64,000 bases of DNA. It comes from Picochlorum sp. SENEW3 (Eukaryota). Each line of letters begins with the position of its first letter. Within the stretch, counting starts at the first letter, position 1. The notes beneath the pieces were generated by a model. It worked only from the letters and a program-made list of their open reading frames with translations, made no database searches and was not told where the DNA came from. Positions 45,839-58,177 of this stretch are shown piece by piece. Where the stretch lies: NCBI GenBank assembly GCA_034226945.1, contig CP120453.1:1116001-1180000 (forward strand), read 5' to 3'. The position numbers and the translations under genes are program-made.

Positions 45839-47365
45839 ATGAATATAGGGAGTACAAATCGCAGCATGACGACCGTGTATCACGCCCCGTCGTGCGTGAT
45901 GGGTTTGAATATGATCCAGAGCATGTCCAAAAATGGTTATGTGCGCTCATCGATGCCGCATCGCAATGGGACAGGGACAGGGCTTTTCGGCCGTCGAGCC
46001 CCAACGCACCGTGTTCAAATGCGTCGTCCAGGACCATCTTCTATCGTGGCCAGTGCTCAAGAGAGTGATGTCTTTGATCCTCAAGTTTGTGTCGTCTTAG
46101 GAACGCAGTGGGGCGATGAAGGAAAAGGAAAGCTTGTTGACGTTCTTGCGCAGGAATATGGCATTGTTGCGAGAGCTCAGGGTGGAGCCAACGCTGGGCA
46201 CACGATTTATGATACTGAGGGAAACAAGTACAAGTTACATCTGATCCCATCTGGTATTTTGAATCCGGAGGCGACCTGCGTCGTTGGGAATGGTGTTGTT
46301 GTTCACTTGCCAGGCTTGTTTGACGAAATTAAGGGACTCGAAGAACGCGGCGTGAAGGTTGAGGGTCGTCTTATTATTTCAGATCGGGCCCATTTACTGT
46401 TCGATATGCATAAAGAGATTGACGGACTTCGCGAGTCGGAGCTCTCAGGGACTGGAAAGCAGATTGGAACGACCAAGAGGGGTATTGGGCCAGCCTATGC
46501 CTCAAAGGCCACCAGGAATGGTATTCGCGTCGGTGATTTGGTTGATATGGATAGTTTTGCTGAGAAACTGAGAAAGCTTGCTCTTGATGGGCAGAAGAGG
46601 TTTGAGGATTTCGAATATGATGTGGAAGGAGAGATTGAAAAGTACAAGGAGATTGCGCAGACTGTTGCTCCTTATGTTGGGGATACTGTGAATTTGATTA
46701 ACGAATGGGCGAACGCAGGTGAAAAAATTTTGATTGAAGGAGCAAATGCGACTCTTCTTGACATGGATTTCGGAACCTATCCATTCGTGACATCATCCAA
46801 TCCATCAATTGGGGGCGTCTTGACAGGGTTGGGTATTGCACCAACAAAGCTGGGCGCCATCATCGGTGTAGCAAAAGCATACACGACACGTGTCGGTGCA
46901 GGGCCATATCCAACAGAGCTTTTTGGAGATTTAGCGGATACACTGAGGGAAGTTGGTGCAGAGTATGGAACGACAACAGGTCGTCCAAGGAGAATTGGCT
47001 GGCTTGATATGGTGGCTCTCAAGTATGCGTCACAGATTAACGGATTGACCCATCTGAATATCACAAAGCTTGATGTTCTGTCTGATTTAGACGAAATCAA
47101 GGTTGGTGTGGCGTATCGCCACCCAAATGGAACCCTTCTCCCCTCCTTCCCTTCCAACTTGGACCTCATGGAGCGTTGCGAGGTTGAATATGAGGTTCTT
47201 CCTGGCTGGAAGGAGGATATTTCAAAGGTCAGGACATGGGAAGATTTACCAGAAGCAGCTCAAAAGTACGTCGAGTATATTGAGGATGCTACTGGAGTAC
47301 ACTGCAAGTGGATTGGTGTTGGACCTGGAAGGGATGCATTGGTCGAAAAACCAAGGAATGCTTGA
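45839..47365 (+). CDS. purA: Adenylosuccinate synthetase with plastid transit peptide
   Basis: [38 protein letters not shown]. Confidence 0.98.
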   Translation: MNIGSTNRSMTTVYHAPSCVMGLNMIQSMSKNGYVRSSMPHRNGTGTGLFGRRAPTHRVQMRRPGPSSIVASAQESDVFDPQVCVVLGTQWGDEGKGKLVDVLAQEYGIVARAQGGANAGHTIYDTEGNKYKLHLIPSGILNPEATCVVGNGVVVHLPGLFDEIKGLEERGVKVEGRLIISDRAHLLFDMHKEIDGLRESELSGTGKQIGTTKRGIGPAYASKATRNGIRVGDLVDMDSFAEKLRKLALDGQKRFEDFEYDVEGEIEKYKEIAQTVAPYVGDTVNLINEWANAGEKILIEGANATLLDMDFGTYPFVTSSNPSIGGVLTGLGIAPTKLGAIIGVAKAYTTRVGAGPYPTELFGDLADTLREVGAEYGTTTGRPRRIGWLDMVALKYASQINGLTHLNITKLDVLSDLDEIKVGVAYRHPNGTLLPSFPSNLDLMERCEVEYEVLPGWKEDISKVRTWEDLPEAAQKYVEYIEDATGVHCKWIGVGPGRDALVEKPRNA

Positions 47366-47412
47366 TCTGCTCAAAGTAAACGTTCTTTCTGAGTTTCACA
47401 TATCGTATTTAT

Positions 47413-48605
47413 TCATGAATTCAATAAAATATCAACCATTTTGTTCTGTTGCACCACCCATCTGTATGATGATGGGTGCGTGTCACCTGCATGGTTCTTT
47501 TCTTTGCTGTCCTCTAGAGACTGCAAAAAGAGCCTGAAAGGCCTTGATAAATACCCAGTAGTCACAGTATTGACTTCTTTACCTCCTTCAATGGGATACC
47601 GACCATCAAATTCTACCCGATTGGCCAGGAAATCGACCAGACTAGTGTTGTATGTCAACACTGCACCATGTGACAAGGCAGTCTCTGCAAATGAATCCAA
47701 CCTCATGGCAAACAGCTTTTCTATATGCTTCTTTTCTAGTGGATAAAAAGGCAAGAAGAAGTCAATATTCCGCAATAATTTCTGAGAGTCGCTAAATCCT
47801 TCACATTTCTGCTTTTGCCACATGGTAAACACCATGTTTTTCAGGGCTCGTTGCACACCATCCATGTCAATATCCTCACGCTGCCCAGATGGAACATCCT
47901 CCAACATTCGATGCAAAGTACTGAAACCTAAATTACTTTCAAGCAGCACCACTGAATCTCCAAGCGACTGATTTCCCACTTTCCCTCCCTGAAGAATCTG
48001 TCTGAAAAACCCTCTCATGTAACAATCCAACTTGTCATACTCTTCCACAACTATAAATGACTGGGGATGGAGCGATACGTGATCCAACAATGCCTTCTGC
48101 AGCATAGCATGCTGTTCATCTCTATCATGTGTCGTATAATCCATTCCAAACAAAACTTTATATCCAGCACAATGCCTGCCAGGACAATGCTGCCCCTGTA
48201 CCTTGTTTGCATTCTCCCCATTGTACAACACCTGTGCAGCCAACTGATGAAAATACGACTTGCCAACTCCCGGCGGACCATGCACTGAAATAACGAGGGG
48301 TTTCTTCTGACCCTGAAAACCTTGCGCTTGCCCACCCAGACCCGATATGTGATCACATATAGCATCCGTCAGCACCCTCAGGGAAGGCTCCTGCCCCACC
48401 AAATACTGATTCATAAACGGCTCAAAAGACTGACACGCCGTTGGACTGAATTGAGACGTCCCTGTACAACAGAAAAAGAGTATCAGATGTATATATCTTC
48501 AAAATTCACATGGAATACAGTGACCAGGAACGCACCCTGCAGGAACTGGCCAAGCATGGAGACAACTGCAACAGCAGTAGCCCACCCAACCTGAGCATAC
48601 ACCAT
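47413..48605 (-). CDS. Torsin-like AAA+ ATPase with N-terminal signal/hydrophobic exon; intron 48535-48462
   Basis: LVGQ, KPLVISVHGPPGVGKS, IVVEEYDK, ESN, IDFFLPFYPLE, EGGKEV. Confidence 0.8.
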
Positions 48606-49126
48606 GCGTAATATCTCAATGGAACATTATGTGATGAATACATAAAGCAATCACAGCAGGGTATCCAGAATTAATGGCCGAAGCCATGTATTTGAAAACA
48701 GATGCTCTGCTACGGTACATATCGCCGCTCAAAGGGTATCTTTGACCGAAGTGAGCATTCAAAGCCTGGAATCAGATGTCAACTGTGACTATACAATGCT
48801 TGCATGACGCATCTGTACGTATTAAAGATATGTTATATACCGTGAAAGCTGATAATTGGAGCTAGATGGCGTTCCTATGACCACATTTTGATACACTCGA
48901 AGAAACAGAATTATTTTCAGACGACTTGACGCCTTTTTGAGCACAATTGAGGTTGCATGGAATCCTTTTTGTTGCTATATATTACAAAAAGTAAAGATTT
49001 AATGGATTCCATGAGGGGCGATACCTCAGGGTGACCAGGCTGTTTCTTCTTGCCTTGGTCTTTTGAAGACAGTACAACCACATTTCTGTTCACAGGCAAG
49101 ATTGCTGTATACAATCATCACGCGTG

Positions 49127-50470
49127 ATGGAGATGATGGCACTGGCTTCTGATAGTGATGATATACATCCAAGGGGATGGAAAGCATCTGAGAATGCTGA
49201 ACGGGATGCTGTCATGATGATGGACTCCTCACATGGTCTCACAGATCATGCCATGCCCATGGAGCTGCCTTCAGCATGGTATTGGGACACACAGTTCCAT
49301 GTGAAAGTTGTCACGACATGTGTACTCGTATTTCTACCAGCTTTTATTGCATACGTGTGGAAATATGCGGTATCAAGACAGGGAAGGAGGACACGAATGC
49401 GAGAGTTTCTCTACCAACGTAGAATCAGGGTGGAGGATACTGTTGATTCGAATGGCGACTCGGTTGGAAAGCACGATGTTCCTTCAGCAATAATACCAAA
49501 TAAAGCTGAGAATGATGACTCGGGGGGTGCATGTAGCTGTTCGAATATGACCCCACAGGAACAGATGGTACCTGCAACACAAGAGGGCAATGGTGTGGTC
49601 CCTGATGGAGGCTCTGACGGTACCGATGGAGATGACAGCTATTCCGAAGTCATGTCAAAGAGGATAGACGAAGCAGCAGGTGTACTCAACCTGATTCATT
49701 CGAAAATCCCAGACACGGCATCCTCTGCAGAAAAGGTGGCATATGCTCATCTCTACTTTGAAGCCATGAAAGTAAATGAATCATGCAAAGCCACATCGTC
49801 CATGCAACGAATGGAGAGTATTACAAAAGAAGGAAATAAGATACAGAAGAGTATGTACAGTATGCGAAAAGAAGAGTACCTGGAAGAACAGATGAAGACC
49901 AAAGCAAAAGAATTTTCCAAAATGGCCATGGACATCATGTGCACAGGGATTGTGATCATGCTTCTCTCAGGAGCCTTCACAGCGTGGTATTCAGGTAGTA
50001 TAGGATACCGAATAGAAGTTTGCGCAGAGCAGTCATCAGCCATGCTGAAGTGGTCCTCTCCGCCATCCTCTGTGTGGAGCATACTGTCGGGCATTGTGGC
50101 ACTATTACATGCCATCACATGCTACATCACCCACGCAGTCCAGGCTGTGCAAGCCGTTGTGATATTAACACTGACCCCGATCGTCATCACCAAACTGGGA
50201 ACATTTGATTCGCATGCATACAGCAGCATTCCAGTTTTTCGAATAGGCACAACATTTGGCATCATATGTGGGATTTCAGGAAGGTTTGCTGTTCAATGGC
50301 TCGGAGGCCATGCCAACAGATGGCTGCTTCTCTGGGAAGTATGGATCATCGTCTTCATAGCAGCATTCACTCTTTCCAAGAGCATATCAACGTGCAACCA
50401 TGCGCCCATCCTCATGTGGACATGCCTTGGGGTCATCTATCCCATCATCATGGGTAGAGTGATCTACTGA
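49127..50470 (+). CDS. CPR5: CPR5-like multi-pass nuclear-envelope protein
   Basis: Coiled region, then DIMCTGIVIM..., CY.., CGISGRFAVQWLGG...WLLLWE, matching the CPR5 C-terminal TM pattern as I recall it. Confidence 0.65.
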   Translation: MEMMALASDSDDIHPRGWKASENAERDAVMMMDSSHGLTDHAMPMELPSAWYWDTQFHVKVVTTCVLVFLPAFIAYVWKYAVSRQGRRTRMREFLYQRRIRVEDTVDSNGDSVGKHDVPSAIIPNKAENDDSGGACSCSNMTPQEQMVPATQEGNGVVPDGGSDGTDGDDSYSEVMSKRIDEAAGVLNLIHSKIPDTASSAEKVAYAHLYFEAMKVNESCKATSSMQRMESITKEGNKIQKSMYSMRKEEYLEEQMKTKAKEFSKMAMDIMCTGIVIMLLSGAFTAWYSGSIGYRIEVCAEQSSAMLKWSSPPSSVWSILSGIVALLHAITCYITHAVQAVQAVVILTLTPIVITKLGTFDSHAYSSIPVFRIGTTFGIICGISGRFAVQWLGGHANRWLLLWEVWIIVFIAAFTLSKSISTCNHAPILMWTCLGVIYPIIMGRVIY

Positions 50471-50545
50471 CGATTGCTCCAGGACTACATAATTTACAGA
50501 TATTACAGATATTTAGAAGACAGGAAAGGACCACAGAGGAATCCA

Positions 50546-51749
50546 ATGGAGAATACAGATTCGACCAATGTCGTTGCGCAACAACCAGAACCCGTCAACG
50601 ACTATGAACTCGCTCGACAGGTGGGTATATTCTACTCTAATGGTGCATATATATCTGAAATATTATTTAACAGCATTTGTTGGGATGCAGAAGCGGATTC
50701 GAGAGAATAAAGCTCGACTTTCGAAGCTAGGGGTTGCCGAATCCGTTGCTCAATTAAAACAACAGCATAATACGGAATCGCAGAGGCGTCGTAAGGCCCG
50801 ATTAAAGAAGAGGAAGGAAAAAAGTAAGAGACAGGCTGCAGAGCATGATAGGCCTGTGGATATGGAGGTTGTTGTGACGAGGCGGTCAAAACGGTTGAGA
50901 GAGGTTGGCAAGAAACAAGAGGATGGAGGAGGTACCATGGTGGAGGACTGTGCGGAGGAGCGGCCGACGAAAAAGTCACGATATATATCATTTACGGATG
51001 AAGATATGTCTATGACTATTGTGGCTCCTTTTAGTTTGTTGAAAGAGAGGATAACAGTGCAGGATTTGGGTCATATTCAGAGGAAAAAGTATGCTCACAA
51101 GTACTGGTCTTCGAGTGGATGCAAGTATCACCATGCCTATCCTGTAGGGTATCGGGCTACAAAGAATGTGTTTGGAAAGTGTTTTGAGATGAGTATCGAA
51201 GAGTCCGAGACTGGTCCTGTTTTCAGAGTGTATGATACTGTGAACCATGCATCATTTGCTGGCGACTCTCCTACGAGTCCATGGACCCAAGTTTGTATAG
51301 CTCAGAGAACAGGCCAGAGGATATCTGGGCCTTTGTTTTATGGATTTAGTGATCTGTTCACGTTGAAAGCATTGGCAAAGAATCTGTATAATGAAGAGGA
51401 GATGGCTGCAGCTGTGAGTGGGTGTGCTACCAGGGCTCTGGTACTGTCTCAAGAAGAGTTGCGGGCACAAGAATTTTCTACGATTGATTGCGTGGGGCCG
51501 AAAACAGCAGAAATATTATCTAGAGTGGACGTGACTGGAGAAGGGAAGGAGCCCAAGTCGTTGAAAGAATTGTCTGAGTGGCTGAATGCGTCAGAGAAGA
51601 ATAAGGATGCTCTGCTCTTCTTCCTAACCACGGATGAGTCTGTTCCATCCAACACCCGCCGGTGGGCTCAATGGCCAAAACTTATAGCTCCGAAGATTGT
51701 TAAAAACATTGTTGAATATATACACATCATTTCTGAACTGCAATTGTAA
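50546..51749 (+). CDS. FYR-domain (FYRN/FYRC) nuclear protein; intron 50621-50690
   Basis: YELARQ|KRIREN...LG; YPVGYRATK, GPVFRV, SPTSPW, ISGPLFYGFS. Confidence 0.8.
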
Positions 51750-53208
51750 CGAGAATTATTGGCAAGAGCATGACTGCTGTGGCAAACAATGCTGTTTTTC
51801 TCTCTTGCATTGCATCTTCTTCACTCTCTCCCTCTTTTTTCTTATACACAGTCCATGTACTATCGGTAGCCCTATCAAAATAGCCTCTCCATTGGTCTAC
51901 GGCACCTGCATTATATTTACCCATGGTGTCAACCTTGAGATCTTTGGCCGCCTGAAAACCAAACAACATGCGCTTGCTATTTTTGGCCACACCAGGTGCT
52001 GTATGCCCTTTCAATGATTTATAAATAGGATATGCTTCCTCATTCCTCCCTAGACTGTCCAAACACACTGCCTTTTGGAAACTAGCAAGCCCACCAATTT
52101 TGCTCTTGAGTGGTACCATGTCAGCTGCTGCAGCATACTTTTCCATGGCAGCTGAGATGCTACCAGATTTGAACAACTCTTCTCCTTTTTCGTATAACAA
52201 TGTCGCCTCTTTTTCAATCACTGGATCGATATCCAGCCCGGCTGCCTTCCTATACTGAGCCAGTGCTTCTGACACACGTTTCCCCCGAGCGGCTGCTTCC
52301 TCTTCTGTCTCGAGCACTTGCCCTGGTTTTATATTTCTACCACCTCCATACGTTTCGCTGATATTCTGCGGACGAGGGAACACGCCCCACGTCGCAACCT
52401 TGGGCTTGTGTAGTTCATTCTCATCTCTGTCTTCTTCCATCATTCTTTCTCGTGCTGCCTCACGTTCCTTTGCCATGGATAACTCTGCATCTTGGAATTG
52501 CTGTGCTATTCCATAATCATCCACCTGCGTCTCCTTCCTATTCGTACCAGACACGACACCTTTGGCTCTCTCAATAACAACATCCTGTTGCTGATACTGT
52601 TTCTCCTTCTCAATTGTAAACTCTTCTGCTCGAAGCGACGAGTCAATCGTAGAGCCACCAGCTGCAGATGGAAGCCACTGCGCCGCCTCAGTGGAATCTC
52701 CATTGCTCTGTGCAGATGATGAAGAATCAGCAACCACATCTGTCCCTCCACCAAACCCTCGCTCAATATACACCTCAGGCCTGCCACGCTGTTCCCCAGC
52801 ACCCACCGATTCTTCCCGAGCCTTCAAAAATGCATCCGTCTCTGATGCAGCCAGAGCATCAGCATACGCATCGAATCGCCCCTGGACCACCTCATCTTGT
52901 TCCTGTTCTTGTCCTTCTTCTTCAGCAGTGCTGCTCTTTCTATACGTTTTAGCCTTTGCTATGCGAGCCAGAATCGCTGCTTCATCCTTTCCAGATGATG
53001 AGGAATTCTCAGAATCCTCAGAAGCGCTGTATACCCTCCGTCGCCTGGAAGAAAGGACCACAACCGATCTGGGAATTCCAGCCCTTCCAGGCCATACTAC
53101 TCTGTCCACGCAAGTCGTATTCGTTCCCTGTTGAATCCTTGCACTCATATTGTACATGTGATGATTAATTTTCATACTCATAGAAGACCGCGTCATGCCC
53201 TTCCACAT
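51727..53208 (-). CDS. Conserved green-lineage plastid protein with TPR-like region and C-terminal TM
   Basis: Transit-like N-terminus; KPKVATWGVFPRPQNISETYGGGR; CLDSLGRNEEA. Confidence 0.75.
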   Translation of the reverse strand: MWKGMTRSSMSMKINHHMYNMSARIQQGTNTTCVDRVVWPGRAGIPRSVVVLSSRRRRVYSASEDSENSSSSGKDEAAILARIAKAKTYRKSSTAEEEGQEQEQDEVVQGRFDAYADALAASETDAFLKAREESVGAGEQRGRPEVYIERGFGGGTDVVADSSSSAQSNGDSTEAAQWLPSAAGGSTIDSSLRAEEFTIEKEKQYQQQDVVIERAKGVVSGTNRKETQVDDYGIAQQFQDAELSMAKEREAARERMMEEDRDENELHKPKVATWGVFPRPQNISETYGGGRNIKPGQVLETEEEAAARGKRVSEALAQYRKAAGLDIDPVIEKEATLLYEKGEELFKSGSISAAMEKYAAAADMVPLKSKIGGLASFQKAVCLDSLGRNEEAYPIYKSLKGHTAPGVAKNSKRMLFGFQAAKDLKVDTMGKYNAGAVDQWRGYFDRATDSTWTVYKKKEGESEEDAMQERKTALFATAVMLLPIILVTIAVQK

Positions 53209-53357
53209 GATGTGTGGAAATTGGTGAGTCTTTCGAAAAGTCTTCATTTACGATACTTTTTCAGATCTCTTACTTCTTCGTGGTTCTCAAATTCCTTCCC
53301 ACAGATCATTCATTCAATAAACGAAATAAATTCAATATTTGTAGTAGAAATTATCCA

Positions 53358-53861
53358 ATGCCTCGTATGATCACCGCCAGAGCGGTTCAGAACCACCACG
53401 TGAGTGGTGAGAGGGTAGCCTCTGCCTCTACAACCACTGGTCCTACTCCAGAATTGGCGCACCGCTCTCAGCAAACTCACATATCCAGGAGACGCCAGAT
53501 GGCCCTTGCCCTCCTCCTTCTCCCATGTCAGCGTGTCTCTGCGAGTGGCCTGGAAAGCATAGATTTGCCAACTATTGACCAGCCAGATGCATACAAGCAA
53601 TGGAGATCCAAGAATCAGGCCGTCTTGGATTCGGCAGAAGATGAATTTCAAAACTCGGAATTACTCAAAACACTGAAAGCCCGGTCTGATGAGAAGAGGG
53701 ACCAGAGGCAGAAGGAACTGAGAGAGAAAAACTGTCTGAGACAAGCAGAGCTTGGAATAGGTGATTGTGCAGGTCTTCGTCTCATCCCTGGTAAGACAAA
53801 GTCTGGGGTGCAAGAGAAACCACAATGGTTGAAAAAGTTGGTGGGAGAAGATGATTCATAG
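53358..53861 (+). CDS. Small putative thylakoid-lumen (Tat-signal) protein
   Basis: SRRRQMALALLLL...ASA twin-arginine-like signal; FQNSELLKTLKARS; GIGDCAGL. Confidence 0.6.
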   Translation: MPRMITARAVQNHHVSGERVASASTTTGPTPELAHRSQQTHISRRRQMALALLLLPCQRVSASGLESIDLPTIDQPDAYKQWRSKNQAVLDSAEDEFQNSELLKTLKARSDEKRDQRQKELREKNCLRQAELGIGDCAGLRLIPGKTKSGVQEKPQWLKKLVGEDDS

Positions 53862-54044
53862 CCCCTGCAAGGGGGATGCCATCCATGATGGGAGAGCAAT
53901 TCTTCTTGATGTTCTCCAGGCAAAAACGAATTCAATGCGAGCAACAGCCTCAATAGAATCATTAATTTAATATAGCAGTAGTATCAGGAAGTATGCATGG
54001 CATAATAATAATGCGTCAATTGTTGTTTGTGTAAGAAGAACAAG

Positions 54045-55274
54045 ATGTCAAAACAACAAGAATATACGATACGGGCTGGTAGGCCCGGGTCCCTCTCTCG
54101 CAAGACCATTCTGGGTCGATTTATTGATAAGACACCAAAGATGGTTCAATCGGATCAGGAATGGACGATGAAATCGGAGATGTTTGACGGAGCTGTGTCA
54201 AGTTGGGCGATAGAAAATTCAACCACTGGCGACGTGTTCAAAGGAAGGCCTGAGGGAGGGCTCACAGGGTCACAACCTTCAAATTATTTTATTCTGATCA
54301 AAGAAAAGGGGGATTTCGTGGCTGTTCCTGTGGACGAGTGGGTGACATTCCGACAGGGAGCGAAACGGATGGATTTGAGTCTGGAGGATGCTGAAGCTGC
54401 AATGAAGCATCGGCGATTGCAGGCGACGAAAGAAGATCCTGTGTCGGCAGCAACAGTTGCGATGACTCATCCCCAGACTGCGGCGGCAGAGGGTGAGCCA
54501 GATAGTGATGAGGAGTGGAAGGATGTTAAAGTGTCGTTTGCGTGGAGGATGAAGGGTGGGGCGGACGAAGACGAGGCTGCACAGGCGCAGCAGCAAGCTA
54601 CTGCCTTGGATTTCAAAGATGAATATAAACCGCAAGATGCAGAGGATTGGGAGCATGAGATTGCAGCGGATGATGATGATTTGGACATGGGGGATGGGAG
54701 TCATGAGGAGGATGGCTCTGATGTGCATGGAAACCACGGGCCTTCTCCGAGCGTTAGTGGTGATGAGGGCGAGATGAGTGATGGTGGTATGGGGGATAGT
54801 CTTGTTCGACAGAAGATGAAACGGGTACTTCGGAATAAGGAGAATATGAATAGCGACTCTGAAGGCATGTCAGAAGAAGATGATGACGAGGATGAGGATG
54901 ATGATGACGTGGACGCGTTAGATGCCATGGCCTCGGCCGAGTTACCTATACCAGCTACAACTGCACCAGAAGCATTGCCCGAGGATAAAAAGAGAAAGCC
55001 AGTGGTGCGGGATGAAGATGATTCTCAGCGGATTGTAAAACGAAAACGTGCAGAGGATATCATACCAAAGGAAGGCGTCCCGAGCGAAGATGAGATTATA
55101 GAATTGTTAGAGAAAGAGAAGAGGATGCTGTTGGCAGATATAGCTGCAGCATTTAAGAAAAGATTGAAGAGTGCAGATGACAAGAAAATGTTTACATCCC
55201 GTGTGAAGGCTGTTGCCATGCTTGATCCTCAGGCTGATCCTTCAGGCAAGCGGTATCTTATACTACGAAAATAA
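54045..55274 (+). CDS. TFIIF large subunit (RAP74)-like
   Basis: F.G..EGG, YFILI....F.A.PVDEW..F, LSLEDAE, DWEHE...DDD, acidic linker, C-terminal winged helix. Confidence 0.8.
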   Translation: MSKQQEYTIRAGRPGSLSRKTILGRFIDKTPKMVQSDQEWTMKSEMFDGAVSSWAIENSTTGDVFKGRPEGGLTGSQPSNYFILIKEKGDFVAVPVDEWVTFRQGAKRMDLSLEDAEAAMKHRRLQATKEDPVSAATVAMTHPQTAAAEGEPDSDEEWKDVKVSFAWRMKGGADEDEAAQAQQQATALDFKDEYKPQDAEDWEHEIAADDDDLDMGDGSHEEDGSDVHGNHGPSPSVSGDEGEMSDGGMGDSLVRQKMKRVLRNKENMNSDSEGMSEEDDDEDEDDDDVDALDAMASAELPIPATTAPEALPEDKKRKPVVRDEDDSQRIVKRKRAEDIIPKEGVPSEDEIIELLEKEKRMLLADIAAAFKKRLKSADDKKMFTSRVKAVAMLDPQADPSGKRYLILRK

Positions 55275-55297
55275 TTGGTCGTATCAATGTAACGTAT

Positions 55298-56482
55298 CTA
55301 TTCTGTATCGGATGACCCCATGCCATCCAATAAGGAGTCCATGTCTGGGCTGACTGTGATTCTATCCCCAACTGGCCCTAGCATGACGAGATTGTTCTGG
55401 TTCTTGTCTACAAAAGCTAGTTCCTGCCGACCTCTACATTCCATGCCTTTATTGACATCGAATATGATGTCTCCAATCTTCATTTTGACGCTTCCACTCC
55501 TGGTGATGAGCAATTTCCCAATCACCTTATTTGGTACATCACGTAAACTACAACACTGAGTCATCTCATTCATCAGTACCTTGTTGTTCTTTTGTTTTAT
55601 AATTGGTAGCTTCTCAGGAAGCTGGAAAAGCATCAGATTGCCATCTGATGCATCTGTGAACAGGGATGAGATTCGTTCACTTGCTTCCGCATGCTCTGCA
55701 GTATCAATATCCCCTACATCTCTAGGCATGTCAGCAGGCGGCTGCACAATTGTGGGGCGATACAATCCTTCATCCATTTCTTCATCACTATCCGAACTAC
55801 TTCTGCTGCTGCTAGTATGCATGTCGGGTATGTCTTCTTTTTTCACAGGCACATCCATTTTGACAACTCGTTTCTGAGTCGACCCAGGCGTTCCTTTCTG
55901 TATTGGAGGTCTCTCATCATCGTTTCCTCTGGTCGTCGTGCGGCGAGGCCCTTTTGATGCAACTGCATACAACACATGCCCACAGATGAGCACACCATCC
56001 ATGTACACAAGAACCAAAGAAAACCAACACACCTCCTATGCCCCCACCGAATGTCACTGTATCCTGAGTCACCTCTCTATGTCGTCTATGGGTTCTACTC
56101 TGCGGCGATTTCCGATGCTGAGCACGTGGAGAAACAAGCTCCTGTTTCACTGCCACTGCTCCTGCAGAAGAGGGACCAGGAGCCTCTTCCGTCTTGACCT
56201 GTGCTGGTTTCGCGAAATTCTTGGGACGAAACTGCAGACAAATATAATTGGATTATGAATAATATGACATTCCCTCCCACAAAGAGGACAACGACGACGC
56301 ACCCTTGCTGCCATTGAAACTTTATTCCCTTCTCCTGTCGAAACAAACAATCCAGTCAGAATTTGGACAATCCACCAACACAAATATATATAATTTGAGA
56401 TATTGCATACTATTAACGCACTTGATCCCATAGAACCGAGACTTCCAAGTCTCTCATGCTGCTTTTGTTCTTTGGGCGGCAT
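55298..56482 (-). CDS. RPC4: RNA polymerase III subunit RPC4 (C53); introns 56421-56335, 56302-56232, 56032-55963
   Basis: LFQLP, IGKLLITRSGSVKMKIGDIIFDV..G, V.PD; all junctions keep frame, including a 32-nt micro-exon. Confidence 0.85.
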
Positions 56483-56565
56483 GACTGGTCGACTCACACA
56501 AGTAATTACAACACCATTTCCTATTATATACAAGAATACGCTAGTAGTAAAATAAATACACCTAT

Positions 56566-57975
56566 TTACGAACGATGGGCAGCTTTTAATGGCTTCAGAG
56601 TTTCAATTGCTCTGTTCATTTGGTTAATCATCATGGAAATGGACTCATGATTCTTCCTGGTGACTGGATTCCCTTCAATAAACTTCCACTGCCCTTCTTT
56701 AAATGGAGGTACAGGGTCAATTTTAGGTACTTGCAATGCGTCTGAAGGATCTGTGTGGAATCTCTTATCATATCCCCAAACATCCTTGTCATCCATTGTT
56801 TTAAATATAGTGCATTGCGTGTAATGAAAAGCATGGGCCTTTCCAAGACTATCATCCGCAGGAGGCTGAACAATGAAGCGATTATCCTCCTTGGTGGTAT
56901 CCAGCTCAATGCCATTCTTTGCGACAGCAATGGAGAAACCATACATTTCCCTCACCCACCCCAACTTTTTCTTTATGGCATCATTCGCTTCAATTTTGGC
57001 AGCCATATCTTCCCAGTCATTGGTAACTCGTAGCCAATTATCCAGTGTCATGAGAATGGGCGCTGGTCCAGAGCTCGGGATGGCATTCACATCCCCACCA
57101 GGATACAGAATCTCCATCTCTTGTGGATGCGCCACTGGATGAATATAGCTGAATGAAAAACCCCAGGCTTTCTTTCTTGCATCAGATCCTTGTGGGATAT
57201 CTAGAGGTTTCATAAAGACGTAATCGGATTCAATCATATAATACCAATCCTCTCTGAGAAGGCCTGCCTCCTGAGCATACTTCCAAAACTGATTTACTGC
57301 ATTCGCCCGATCGCTTACCGGGTATTCACACCAATCATCACACTCTGGTTGTAAAGGATCCGCCCTAAATGTGGGAATTTCATCCGCCAGAGGGTCTGGA
57401 TCACGTGCTGTACGATGCAGTATTCTGGTGAATGCTGTGTGCCGTTCCCCACCAGGCATCTTTTGAATCAATCTATACGTGCCGTAGGCAATCCTCATTT
57501 GATAATCTACACATCATCAATCAAGAGAAGGATGAGAGATACAGATGGTCAGGCCTCGATTGGAGAGCAATCACAGACGTACTTTGATATGGAGACCCGT
57601 TTGTTGTACACAGGGTGTGTATAGTATCCTTACTACTCCCCTGTACCCGTAAAGACTGCGTCTTTCCATCTTTATTATTATTATTTTGTTCATGTATCGT
57701 GCTTCGCATCTGCGACAACTCGACAAAAGACCCTGCAATAGAAGACGTATTACATATGAGAGCCAGTCCGTCAAAGAAAGGTTCGAATGCCCTCTCTTTT
57801 CATCGCAACCTCTAGGGATCTATCAAGACTATATGTCTATGTATATAAACATACCGAAAATGGCATAGCCAACGAGCACACTCGCGAGACACGCGGGGAG
57901 AAACACAGCATACGAGCTCGTCGGTTTCCCAACAGCAGCAGGACTCCGACGAGGATACTGTCCACTCGACGCCAT
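56566..57975 (-). CDS. Hydroxyproline O-arabinosyltransferase (HPAT)-like; introns 57854-57733, 57582-57507
   Basis: Type II TM exon 1; HTLCTTNGSPYQNYQMRIAY, FTRILH, ESDYVF.KP, GWVREMYGFS. Confidence 0.88.
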
Positions 57976-58177
57976 GAATCGCTCCTTCTACATGAACTAT
58001 TAAATCAAATAAATATTTTATCAAGCGCGTCGAGTCAAGAGATGCACGATCATATATATATGGTGTATCAAGATCTCTCTCTCTAAATACTAATAAATAC
58101 TGGAGAGATTGTTGCTGCTCAACGTTTACAAAACCATTCTGACATGATGACAAAAAATAATTACACATATACACAAA

